A stretch of DNA of 64,000 nt from an uncultured Acidobacteriota bacterium. Lineage in GTDB: Bacteria > Acidobacteriota > Thermoanaerobaculia > Multivoradales > UBA5704. Positions 31,253-39,489 of the stretch are shown one piece after another; position 1 is the first letter of the stretch; every line of letters begins with the position of its first letter. Under the pieces are notes generated by a model that worked only from the letters and a program-made list of their open reading frames with translations, made no database searches and was not told the origin of the DNA. Both the position numbers and the translations under genes were made by a program. The stretch is taken from contig CAVYRF010000002.1 of the NCBI GenBank assembly GCA_963770895.1, positions 2,816,001 to 2,880,000 on the forward strand, read 5' to 3'.

Positions 31253-33175
31253 TCAGGAACAGGGCAGGGCGCTGGTGTCCTGAATGGGCGCCGCCGCCAC
31301 GCCGTCGGTGTTCTTGTAGGTGACGGTCTTGTTGTCCGAAGTGTCGGTGACCGTGACCGTGAAGCCGACGTTGGTGGTCGCGGCGTAGAACACCCAATAT
31401 TTGTTGTCGACCGCGCAGCCGTCGATCACCTTGATCAGCATTTCGGGGTTGGTGGCGCCGAAGAACCAGAACAGGCCGCCTTGCGAGACGCCCAGGTTCT
31501 GCAATGCGATGGCCTGCCCCGACCCCGACAGGCCGCCGCCCTGGGCGGTCTTGTAGGTCGATTTGAGCAGGAAGCGGCCATTGATGCAGAGCGCGGTGCT
31601 GGTGGTGGCGCAGCCGGCGCGCTCGCCGGGAGTGCCGGCGGCGTCCGCGGTGGTAGCGGCGCTTGCGGCGGACTGCGGCGGCGCCATGGCGGCCGGCAAG
31701 ATGGCTGCGGCCGCGGCGGCCCCGGTCACCGTGGCAGTGGCGTCGTCGGCATCGGCGCTTGCGCCGGCGGGAGCGACGTCGCTGCCGGTGGTGCAGCTGA
31801 AGGCCGCGGTGTCCTGCACCGGCGGCGCCGCGGTCAGGTCGGCGTTGGTGTACTGCCTGGAGCGCTCCAGCTTGGTATCGGTCACCGTGACGGTGAAGCC
31901 GACGTTGGTGGTGGCGGCGTAGAACACCCAGAAGCTCTGGTTGACGCCGCAGCCGTTGAGCACCTTGATCAGCATTTCGGGATTGTCGGCGCCGAAGAAC
32001 CAGAACAGGCCGCCCTGGGTCACGTGGACCGAGGTCAGCGGGATGGCATTGCCGCTGCCCGACAGGCCGCCGCTCTGCGAGGTGTGGTAGCTGGAAGTGA
32101 TCTTCCAGCGCTTGTCGCCCGGCTGGTCGTCGATGCACAGCGTGTTGGCGCCGGCGACGCAGGGGCCGGAGGGCGCCAGGATGAGCTTGCCGACGTTGTT
32201 GCCCTTGACCTCGGTGAACCAGATGTTGCCGTCGGGTCCGGCGGTGATGCCCGACGGGTTGGCCTTGGCGGTCGGCACTGCATATTCCGTGATCAGGCCC
32301 GCGGTGGTGATCGCAGCCACCTGGTTGCCTTCCAGCTCGGTGAACCACAGGTTGCCGTCCGGTCCCGGAGTGATGAAGAACGGCACCGCGTTCCCCGTCG
32401 GCACCGGGAATACGGTTGTCACGCCGGACGTGGTCATGCGGCCGACCTGGTTGGTCCCCGGGGCGGTAAACCACAGGTTGCCGTCCGGTCCGGCGGTGAT
32501 CGCCAGCGATTGCGGGCTGCCCGGAATCGGGAACTCCTTGATGCTCGCGGTGGCGGGGGTGATGCGGCCGATCTGGCCGGGATTCGACTCGACAAACCAC
32601 ACGTTGCCGTCCGGTCCGGCGGTGATGCCGAGGGGGCCGCTGTTCGCGGTGGGGGTCGTGTACTCCGTGATCGCGCCGCTGGTTGTAATCCTGCCAACCT
32701 TGCCGCCGGAATACTCGGTGAACCAAAGGTTCTTGTCCGGTCCGACCGTGATATCGATGGGTTCGGCGCTGGCGGTCGGCAGCGGGTAGGTGGTAAACAC
32801 CCCCGCCGGCGTCATGCGCCCGATCGCGCTGCTTTGGGCTTCGGCGAACCACAGGTTGCCGTCCGGTCCCTGGACGACGCGGGCCGGGTACTCGCTTTCC
32901 AGGTTGCCGGGGGCCGTGAACTGATTGGTGACGGTGCCGGCCGTGGTCATCGAGTCGACGTGGCCGGCAATCAGCTCGGTAAACCAGAGCTCGCCATTGG
33001 GCCCGCTGGTGATCCCACCGGGCGCCGCCCCGGCCGGCGACACCGGGAACTCCTGAATGGTCGGCGCCGCCGCCAGCGCCGCCCCGGCGCCGCCCAGGGC
33101 CAGCGCCGCAATAAGAATGAGAGGAGCCGCCCAGGGACGGCCGCCGCGCGTAAGAAATTCGGATTGTGGGTTCAT
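31253..33175 (-). CDS. Secreted Vgb-lyase-like beta-propeller protein with two C-terminal Cys-bounded repeat domains
   Basis: Signal peptide; seven ITAGPDGNLWFTE-type blades; two ~120-aa repeats containing GGLFWFFGA.NPEMLIKV..GC.V....WVFYAATTNVGFTVTVTDT. Confidence 0.85.
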   Translation of the reverse strand: MNPQSEFLTRGGRPWAAPLILIAALALGGAGAALAAAPTIQEFPVSPAGAAPGGITSGPNGELWFTELIAGHVDSMTTAGTVTNQFTAPGNLESEYPARVVQGPDGNLWFAEAQSSAIGRMTPAGVFTTYPLPTASAEPIDITVGPDKNLWFTEYSGGKVGRITTSGAITEYTTPTANSGPLGITAGPDGNVWFVESNPGQIGRITPATASIKEFPIPGSPQSLAITAGPDGNLWFTAPGTNQVGRMTTSGVTTVFPVPTGNAVPFFITPGPDGNLWFTELEGNQVAAITTAGLITEYAVPTAKANPSGITAGPDGNIWFTEVKGNNVGKLILAPSGPCVAGANTLCIDDQPGDKRWKITSSYHTSQSGGLSGSGNAIPLTSVHVTQGGLFWFFGADNPEMLIKVLNGCGVNQSFWVFYAATTNVGFTVTVTDTKLERSRQYTNADLTAAPPVQDTAAFSCTTGSDVAPAGASADADDATATVTGAAAAAAILPAAMAPPQSAASAATTADAAGTPGERAGCATTSTALCINGRFLLKSTYKTAQGGGLSGSGQAIALQNLGVSQGGLFWFFGATNPEMLIKVIDGCAVDNKYWVFYAATTNVGFTVTVTDTSDNKTVTYKNTDGVAAAPIQDTSALPCS

Positions 33176-33277
33176 CGGCTCACGCCCTCACAAGGTATGC
33201 CATTGAGGTCACCAGCTACGCTGGGGGCGGACACGCACCATTCGTCAAGGTAACACAGCCGATGCGCACACGTGCTT

Positions 33278-33361
33278 CACCCGGAGACACCCGGAGACAC
33301 CCGGAGACACCTGGTAGACACCTGGCGCACCTGGTAGGCACCTGGCGCCACCTGGGGCCAC
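33278..33361. repeat. Tandem array of eight CACC(C/T)GG-core units with 9-11 bp period
   Basis: CACCCGGAGA x3, then CACCTGGTAGA, CACCTGGCG, CACCTGGTAGG, CACCTGGCGC, CACCTGGGGC. Confidence 0.85.
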
Positions 33362-33492
33362 GCCCGGCCGCTCCGGCGGCGTCGGTCTACAACCCGGGCG
33401 GCGTCGACCTCCGAGCGACCATGAACGACCCCGAGCGTGGAGCGCGGCTCCCTGGCCGGTCGGCAGCGGGGAGTCCGCTACACTAACGAGTC

Positions 33493-35589
33493 ATGGCCAT
33501 CGGCGGTGAGGCGGAGCTTGAGCGGGCGCGGCTGGAGCTGCGGCGGCTCGGGTACCTGGACCACGGGCTGGAGCGGTTCCTGCTGCAGGACGCGCTGCGG
33601 CCGCGGCGGCCGCTGCGCACGCTGGCGCTGCTGACGGCGAAGGTGGGGCTTTTGGGCGGCGGGGTGCTGGCGGTGGCGCTGGCGGTGGCGCTGGTGACGG
33701 CCAACGGCAGCCTGGCGTCGTCGCCGCTCGACCTGCCGGTGCTGTTCGTGCACCTGTTCCCGCCGGTTTCGGCGGCGGTGGGGGTGGCGTTCCTGCTGGT
33801 CTCCTCGGCGGTGCTGGTGGTGCTGCGGATCTATCCTATGCGCCGCATCGAAGGGGTGGCGCTGGCGGCGGCGTTCGCCGCCGGCGCCGCGACGCTGGCC
33901 GTGGCGCTGTGGGAGGCGCGGCTGAGCCTGGCGCAGCGCGGCGCGGCGCAGCGCGTGCTGCTCGGTCTGGCGGCGGCAGCGGCGGCGTACGCCCTGGCGC
34001 GGCTGGTCTATCAGGGGCTGTTCGCGTTGGTGATCCGCTTCACCCGCGGCGGCGGCGCCGCGGGGCTGCAGGCCTGGCGCTGGCGGCGTTGGGCGAGCGG
34101 CGCGCTGCTGGCCGGCGCGGCGCTGCTGGCGGTGCCGCTGCTGCTGGCGGCGCGCGAGCCGGCGGCGGCGCCGCCGCCGGTGCTGCCGATGGCGCCCGGC
34201 CAGCGGGTGCTGCTGATCGGGCTGGACGGGGTGCTCCCCGACGAGGTCGAATACCTGTTGCGGCGCGGCGATCTGCCGGCCTTTGCGGCGCTGGCGCGGC
34301 GCGGCGGCAGGCTCCTGCGCTACGCGCGTGCGGACGAGCCGCCGGCGGCCTTCTGGACCAGCCTGGCGACCGGAGTGGCGGCGCCCCGTCACGGCGTCGC
34401 GGCGCTCGACAGTTTCCTGCCGCTGGGGGTGCGCACGCCGCTGGCGCGCAGCGGCCTGCTGCGCGGCTACTGGAGCGGTGTCGAAGTGCCGCTGCACCTG
34501 GCGGTGTACCGTCCCGTCCTGGCCGACCGCCGCGGCGCCTTCACGGTCTGGGAGCTGGCGGCGCGCGGCGGCGCGCCGGTCCTGGCGGTCAACTGGTGGG
34601 CGACCTTCCCAGCTCCGCCGCTGCCCGGCATGGTGCTGTCGCACGACGCCTACCAGCTGCTCCAGCAGGGTGCGGCGTGGGCGGTGTCGGCGCCGGCGGC
34701 GGCGCCGGACCTGCTGCGCCAGATACGAGCGCTCGACGCCGGCACAGGCCTGCCGCGCGATGGATCGGCGCCGGCTTCCCTGGGCACCGGCGATGCCGCT
34801 GCCGGTGCGTCTGGCGCCGCCGCTACCCCTGGCGCTGTCCCTGGCGGCGCAGCTGCTTCTGGCGCTGCCACCTCCCTTGGCGGCGCCCCTGCTCCTGGCG
34901 CTGCCACCTCCCCTGGGGCCGCCGCTGCGTTTGGCGCTGCCGCTGCCCCTGGCACTGCCGGTGCCCCTGGCGCGGCCGCCGCGCCTCCTGCCGCCGATCG
35001 TCTTTTGGCGGCGGCGCTGCCCGCCGCGGTCGCCGCGGAGGTGGCGCGGCACTCGGTGATGCCGGACCAGTTCTACCGCCAGGTGTTCGCCGATCAGCTG
35101 GGGCGCCTGGCGCCGCCGCCGCGGGTGGCGGCGCTGTATCTGCCGGCGCTCGACATCGCCGCCGCGGGCTGGCAGGGCAGCTCGCTGGCGCTTGCGGATC
35201 TGGTGCGAGCCCAGCTCGTAGCGGCAGACCGCCTGTTGGCGCAGGCGCTGGCCCAGCCAGGCTGGGGGAGCGTCGCGGTGGTGTTCGATCCCGGCCGTCG
35301 TGGCCGGCAGGGCCAGCCGGCGGATGGCCGCGTGCTGCTCTGGGAAGACGGCGCCACCTGCGCCGCAGGCGAGCCCGACACGACGCCCGAAGCGGTCGCC
35401 GCGGGCCTGCTGCGCACGCTCGGCCTGCCGCAGAGCGCCGAGCTGCCGCCGCCGCCGCCGCAGTGCCGCTGGCCCGAACCGCCGGCGACGGTCGCCGGCT
35501 ACGGCGTACGCCAGCCGCAAGCATCCCCTGACGCGGCGGCCGACGGCGCCGAGTACCTGCAAAATCTTCGCTCCCTGGGTTATCTCTGA
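33493..35589 (+). CDS. Membrane protein with alkaline-phosphatase/nucleotide-pyrophosphatase-like domain (probably degenerate)
   Basis: N-terminal TM block; VLLIGLDG, WTSLATG, VNWWATFP, terminal LRSLGYL. Confidence 0.75.
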   Translation: MAIGGEAELERARLELRRLGYLDHGLERFLLQDALRPRRPLRTLALLTAKVGLLGGGVLAVALAVALVTANGSLASSPLDLPVLFVHLFPPVSAAVGVAFLLVSSAVLVVLRIYPMRRIEGVALAAAFAAGAATLAVALWEARLSLAQRGAAQRVLLGLAAAAAAYALARLVYQGLFALVIRFTRGGGAAGLQAWRWRRWASGALLAGAALLAVPLLLAAREPAAAPPPVLPMAPGQRVLLIGLDGVLPDEVEYLLRRGDLPAFAALARRGGRLLRYARADEPPAAFWTSLATGVAAPRHGVAALDSFLPLGVRTPLARSGLLRGYWSGVEVPLHLAVYRPVLADRRGAFTVWELAARGGAPVLAVNWWATFPAPPLPGMVLSHDAYQLLQQGAAWAVSAPAAAPDLLRQIRALDAGTGLPRDGSAPASLGTGDAAAGASGAAATPGAVPGGAAASGAATSLGGAPAPGAATSPGAAAAFGAAAAPGTAGAPGAAAAPPAADRLLAAALPAAVAAEVARHSVMPDQFYRQVFADQLGRLAPPPRVAALYLPALDIAAAGWQGSSLALADLVRAQLVAADRLLAQALAQPGWGSVAVVFDPGRRGRQGQPADGRVLLWEDGATCAAGEPDTTPEAVAAGLLRTLGLPQSAELPPPPPQCRWPEPPATVAGYGVRQPQASPDAAADGAEYLQNLRSLGYL
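34790..34985 (+). repeat. In-frame 18-bp degenerate tandem repeat (GAAxxP/S) linker
   Basis: GGCGCTGCCACCTCCCTT-type units encoding GAAATPGAVPGGAAASGAATSL... Confidence 0.7.
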
Positions 35590-36959
35590 TGGCGCGACGG
35601 CGCGCGAGCGGTCGGAAAGGGACATCGCCGCCTGCTGAGTCCGAGGCGCGCAGGGCGCCGGCGGTGCCCGTGGTGCGGCGGAGAGCGGTCGCATGGTGTG
35701 GGGCGGCGGTGCTGCCGGCGTTGTTGCTGGCGGCGGCGGTCGCCGGTGGCATGGGCTGGCTTGGCGCCCCTGCCTGGGCGGCAGCCGCTGCCGCGCGGGC
35801 GCAAGTGGGTGGGGGAACGGCCGGTAGCGACGGCACGGCGAACCTGTCCGGCTTGCCGCGCGCTGCGGACGGCGCGCCGCCGCCGCCGGCCACGCCGCAG
35901 GCGCGGCGACGGGAGGCGGAGCTGGCGGCGCTGCGGGCTGAGATTGCCCAGCTGACGGCGCGGCTGGAGGCGGCGCGCCAGCAGCAGAGCGGCATCGAGG
36001 GCGAGCTGGCGGCGGCGGACCTGGCGCTCAGTTTGGAGGAGAAGCGCCTGGCGGAGGCGACGGCGGCGCGCGACGCGGCGGCCGACCGCGAGGCGGCCAG
36101 CGCCGCTGAGGTGAACGCGCTGACGGCGGCACTGGCCGAGCGTCGCGAGGACTTCCGGCGCCAGATCGTCGGCCTTTACAGGCTGGGGCGCCAGGGCTAC
36201 CTGCGGCTGTTCTCGGCGCTGAAGCCGGACGCGCGCCTGCTGCCGTCGATCCGGCTGGTGCGGTACCTGGTGCTGCACGATCGCGAGGTGATCGACCGCT
36301 ATCAGGAGACGCACGACCGCCTGGCGCGGCGCAGCGGCGAGCTGGCGGCCGAGCGGCTGGAGCGCGAAACCTGGGTGAGCCGCGAGCAGGAGCGCCGCCA
36401 CGCCCTGGTCGGCGCGCGCGAGCGCAAGGCGGCGCTGCTCACCCGGCTGCGCAACGAGCAGAGCGCCCTGGCGGTGCGCACCGCCGACCTGACGGAGCGC
36501 GAGCAGAAGCTGGCCGCCTTCCTCAACCTGCTGTACGGGCAGAGCTCGGCGGCCCTGGCGGGAACCCCCATGCAGCAGTTCCGCGGCGTGCTCGACTGGC
36601 CGGCGGCGGGGCCGGTGGTCGAGCGGTTCGGTCCGCAGCTCGATCCGCGCTATCGCACCAAGGTGCCGCACAACGGCATCGATCTGGCGACCTCCGCCGG
36701 CAGCGAGGTGAAGGTGGTCTATCCCGGCAAGATCCTGTACGCCGCGGCGTTCGAAGGCTACGGCCTGACCGTCGTGGCGCACCATCCGGGGCGGGTGTTG
36801 ACCCTGTACGCGGGGCTGTCGGAGCTGAGGAAAGCGAAGGACGATATGGTATCTTTAGGCGACCCGGTGGGGCTCGCCGCGGACCGGCTCTACTTCGAGA
36901 TCCGCGTCGAAAACCACCCCGAAGACCCGCTCACCTGGCTGCACAATTGGGTGCGCTGA
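35589..36959 (+). CDS. envC: EnvC-like murein hydrolase activator (coiled coil plus degenerate M23 domain)
   Basis: Long coiled coil; LDWPAAG, HNGIDL, GYGL.V..H, LYAGL, LYFEIR (HxH absent), DPLTWL. Confidence 0.85.
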   Translation: MARRRASGRKGTSPPAESEARRAPAVPVVRRRAVAWCGAAVLPALLLAAAVAGGMGWLGAPAWAAAAAARAQVGGGTAGSDGTANLSGLPRAADGAPPPPATPQARRREAELAALRAEIAQLTARLEAARQQQSGIEGELAAADLALSLEEKRLAEATAARDAAADREAASAAEVNALTAALAERREDFRRQIVGLYRLGRQGYLRLFSALKPDARLLPSIRLVRYLVLHDREVIDRYQETHDRLARRSGELAAERLERETWVSREQERRHALVGARERKAALLTRLRNEQSALAVRTADLTEREQKLAAFLNLLYGQSSAALAGTPMQQFRGVLDWPAAGPVVERFGPQLDPRYRTKVPHNGIDLATSAGSEVKVVYPGKILYAAAFEGYGLTVVAHHPGRVLTLYAGLSELRKAKDDMVSLGDPVGLAADRLYFEIRVENHPEDPLTWLHNWVR

Positions 36960-36976
36960 AAGCTGCCGAGCCCCTC

Positions 36977-38239
36977 ATGAATCGAAGCCGCCTGCTCTTC
37001 CTGGTCTGCTCCGCTCTCCTCGTCCTGCCCATGCTGCTCGCCCTGGTGGTGGCGGCCGATCCGGCCCGCGGCGGACACTCCGCCCGCGAAGCACAGGACA
37101 AAGAAGAGGATAGCTACGACTCGTACCTCAAGTACCTCAAGGTGTTCAGCGAAGTGTTCAAGCTGGTGCGCGACGCCTACGTCGACCAGCCGCACACCGA
37201 CGCCCTGATGGCGGGCGCGCTCGAAGGCGTGACCGACGCCATGGACCCCTTCTCGGTCTACGTGCCGGCGTCGGCGGTGCCCGGCTACACGCACGCGCTG
37301 GCAACCGGCAAAAGCCTCAGCGGCCTGGGTTTCCTCAAGGAGCGCGGAGCCACCATCGTGATGTCGGTGGAAAAGGGCAGCCCGGCGGACACCGCCGGCC
37401 TCAAGGTGGGCGACCTGGTCGCCAAGCTCAACGGCGCTTCCACCCGCACCATGCCGCTGTGGCAGATGCAGGAAGCGATCGCCGCGGCGCCGGGCACCGC
37501 GGTCAGCACGGAAGTGATCCGGCTGGGAGTGCCGGTGTCGCTCACCTTCACGCTCAAGGCGTTCCCGCCGCCGGCGGTGACGGCCGCCGTGCTGGATGAA
37601 AACGGTGCGCCGGCTCCCGCCGCGGCCGGCGCCCACGCGACGCCTGGCGGTCTCGCCACGGTGGTGCGCATCCCCGGCTTCGATGCGGAGACCGCTGACC
37701 ACGTGCGCACCATGTTGAGCGCGGATCTGCACGGCAAGCTGGTGGTCGACCTGCGCGGCGTTTCGTCGGGCGATCCGGCGGTGGCCTACGACGTGGCGCG
37801 GCTCTTCGCCACCGGCGCGCTGGGGGCGCTGATCCGGCGTGACAGCGCGGTGCAGAGCTTCGCCTCGTCGACGCCTCCGGTGTGGCACGGCCGCCTGCTG
37901 GTGCTGGTGGATCGCGGCACCGGCGGCGCCGCCGAAGTGTTCGCGACCGTATTGCGCCAGCGCTCCGGGGCGGAGCTGGTGGGGGAGCGCACCCTGGGCT
38001 ACGCGGGACGGCGCGCCAGCGCCGACCTGTCGACCGGCAGCCGGCTGTTTTTCACCGACGCGTTCTACACCGGCCCCGACAAGAAGCCGATCAACGAATC
38101 GCTGAAGCCCGACGTGCAGGTGACCGAGCGCAGCCGCACGTTCCTCGAAAAGGACATCCCGACCAGCGAGTTGATCCTGCGGCGCGGCCTGCACCACCTG
38201 CTGGAAGAGTCGCCGGCGACCGCCAAAAAAGCGGCCTGA
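36977..38239 (+). CDS. S41 (CtpA-like) PDZ protease homologue lacking the canonical catalytic Ser/Lys
   Basis: F.EV..LV...YVD, DPFS.Y, GSPA..AGLKVGD (PDZ), DLRG, LVDRGTGGAAEVF, GERTLG. Confidence 0.85.
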   Translation: MNRSRLLFLVCSALLVLPMLLALVVAADPARGGHSAREAQDKEEDSYDSYLKYLKVFSEVFKLVRDAYVDQPHTDALMAGALEGVTDAMDPFSVYVPASAVPGYTHALATGKSLSGLGFLKERGATIVMSVEKGSPADTAGLKVGDLVAKLNGASTRTMPLWQMQEAIAAAPGTAVSTEVIRLGVPVSLTFTLKAFPPPAVTAAVLDENGAPAPAAAGAHATPGGLATVVRIPGFDAETADHVRTMLSADLHGKLVVDLRGVSSGDPAVAYDVARLFATGALGALIRRDSAVQSFASSTPPVWHGRLLVLVDRGTGGAAEVFATVLRQRSGAELVGERTLGYAGRRASADLSTGSRLFFTDAFYTGPDKKPINESLKPDVQVTERSRTFLEKDIPTSELILRRGLHHLLEESPATAKKAA

Positions 38240-38261
38240 CGGTTGCTGACCGTTTCCGCCG

Positions 38262-39449
38262 TTGCCAATTCGCAAACGCACGGTTCCCCGTTCTTCTCCC
38301 GGCCCGGCGCGCGGCCGCGCCTGGCGCGGGGTATGGCTGTTCACATTGGGCCTGCTGGTCGGCGCCGTGTCGACCTACGTCGCCTGCCGCAACGGGCCGC
38401 ACGGCGCGGGCCGCGGGCTTGCCGGCATCGGTTCGATCGCTGACGTCGCTTCCTGGTGGAGCGGCACCCGGACCGCGGATACCGGCCCGTCGGCCGCAGG
38501 CACCGACGGCGGCGCTGCGGCGCGGCGCCGGTCGGCGACCGCCAGGGGGCCGCACGCCGGCCGGTCGGCCGCCGCACCGGGTCACGCCGCCGCTGCCCTA
38601 CAGGTCACGCCGGCAGCCGATGGCGGCGAAGAGCCGGCGGGTGCCGCTCGCGACGAAGCTGCCGGCCGGTCCGAGGGCGGGGGTGGGGAAGCCGCCGGCC
38701 GGAGCGGCGCCCAGGCCGCCGCCGGTGGTGTCGCCGCTGGCGTCCATGCCGGCGGTCCGCCGCGCATCGCCCTGGTCATCGACGACCTCGGGCGCAGCCT
38801 GGACGAAGTGGACAGCCTGGAGCGCCTGGGAGTGCCGCTCACCTACGCCGTGCTGCCGTTCGAAAGCCAGACCGCGACGGTGGTCGCCGCCTTGCGCCGC
38901 CACCACCAGGAGATCCTCTGCCACCTGCCGATGGAGCCTCGGAGCGGCGGCAATCCGGGACCGGGGGCGCTGCGGCTCGGCATGTCGAGCGAGCAGCTGC
39001 GCCAATCGACCGCCGCCGCCCTGGCCGCGGTGCCGGGCGCGGTGGGGGTCAACAATCACATGGGGTCGGGTCTGTCGACCGACGAGCCGGCGATGACCGC
39101 GGTGCTGGGCGTTCTGGCCGCGCGCGGCCTCTTCTTTCTCGATTCGCGCACCAGCGCCCAGACCGTCGGCTACCGCGTCGCGACGTCCCTGGGAGTGCCG
39201 GCCGCCGAGCGCCAGGTGTTCCTGGACGACGACCTGCGCGCCGCGGCCGTCGCCGACCAGTTTCAGCACCTGCTCGACGTGGCGCTCGCCCGCGGCGAGG
39301 CCATCGCCATCGGCCACCCCCACCCGGCGACCCTGGCGACCCTGGCCGCCGAGGTGCCGCGCGCCCGCGCCCTCGGCTACCGCTTCGTCCTGGTCTCCGC
39401 CCTGCTGGATCGGCCGCCTGCCGCGCCCTCGCCGGCCGCGGCGCGTTAG
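38262..39449 (+). CDS. Divergent polysaccharide deacetylase (YibQ family)
   Basis: IDDLG, HLPMEP, NNHMGS, FLDSRT, VFLD, AIGHP. Confidence 0.9.
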   Translation: MPIRKRTVPRSSPGPARGRAWRGVWLFTLGLLVGAVSTYVACRNGPHGAGRGLAGIGSIADVASWWSGTRTADTGPSAAGTDGGAAARRRSATARGPHAGRSAAAPGHAAAALQVTPAADGGEEPAGAARDEAAGRSEGGGGEAAGRSGAQAAAGGVAAGVHAGGPPRIALVIDDLGRSLDEVDSLERLGVPLTYAVLPFESQTATVVAALRRHHQEILCHLPMEPRSGGNPGPGALRLGMSSEQLRQSTAAALAAVPGAVGVNNHMGSGLSTDEPAMTAVLGVLAARGLFFLDSRTSAQTVGYRVATSLGVPAAERQVFLDDDLRAAAVADQFQHLLDVALARGEAIAIGHPHPATLATLAAEVPRARALGYRFVLVSALLDRPPAAPSPAAAR

Positions 39450-39489
39450 TGCCCCGCACTAGCACCGGCCCAGGCGGGCCGCGGCGCGG

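Noticed and set aside
31253-33175. Virginiamycin B lyase resistance gene
   Set aside because: It has a signal peptide and extra C-terminal domains. The repeat is a generic propeller, and I cannot verify the Vgb catalytic residues.
33278-33361. Possible CRISPR array
   Set aside because: The units are ~10 bp with no unique spacers, and there are no cas genes in the window.
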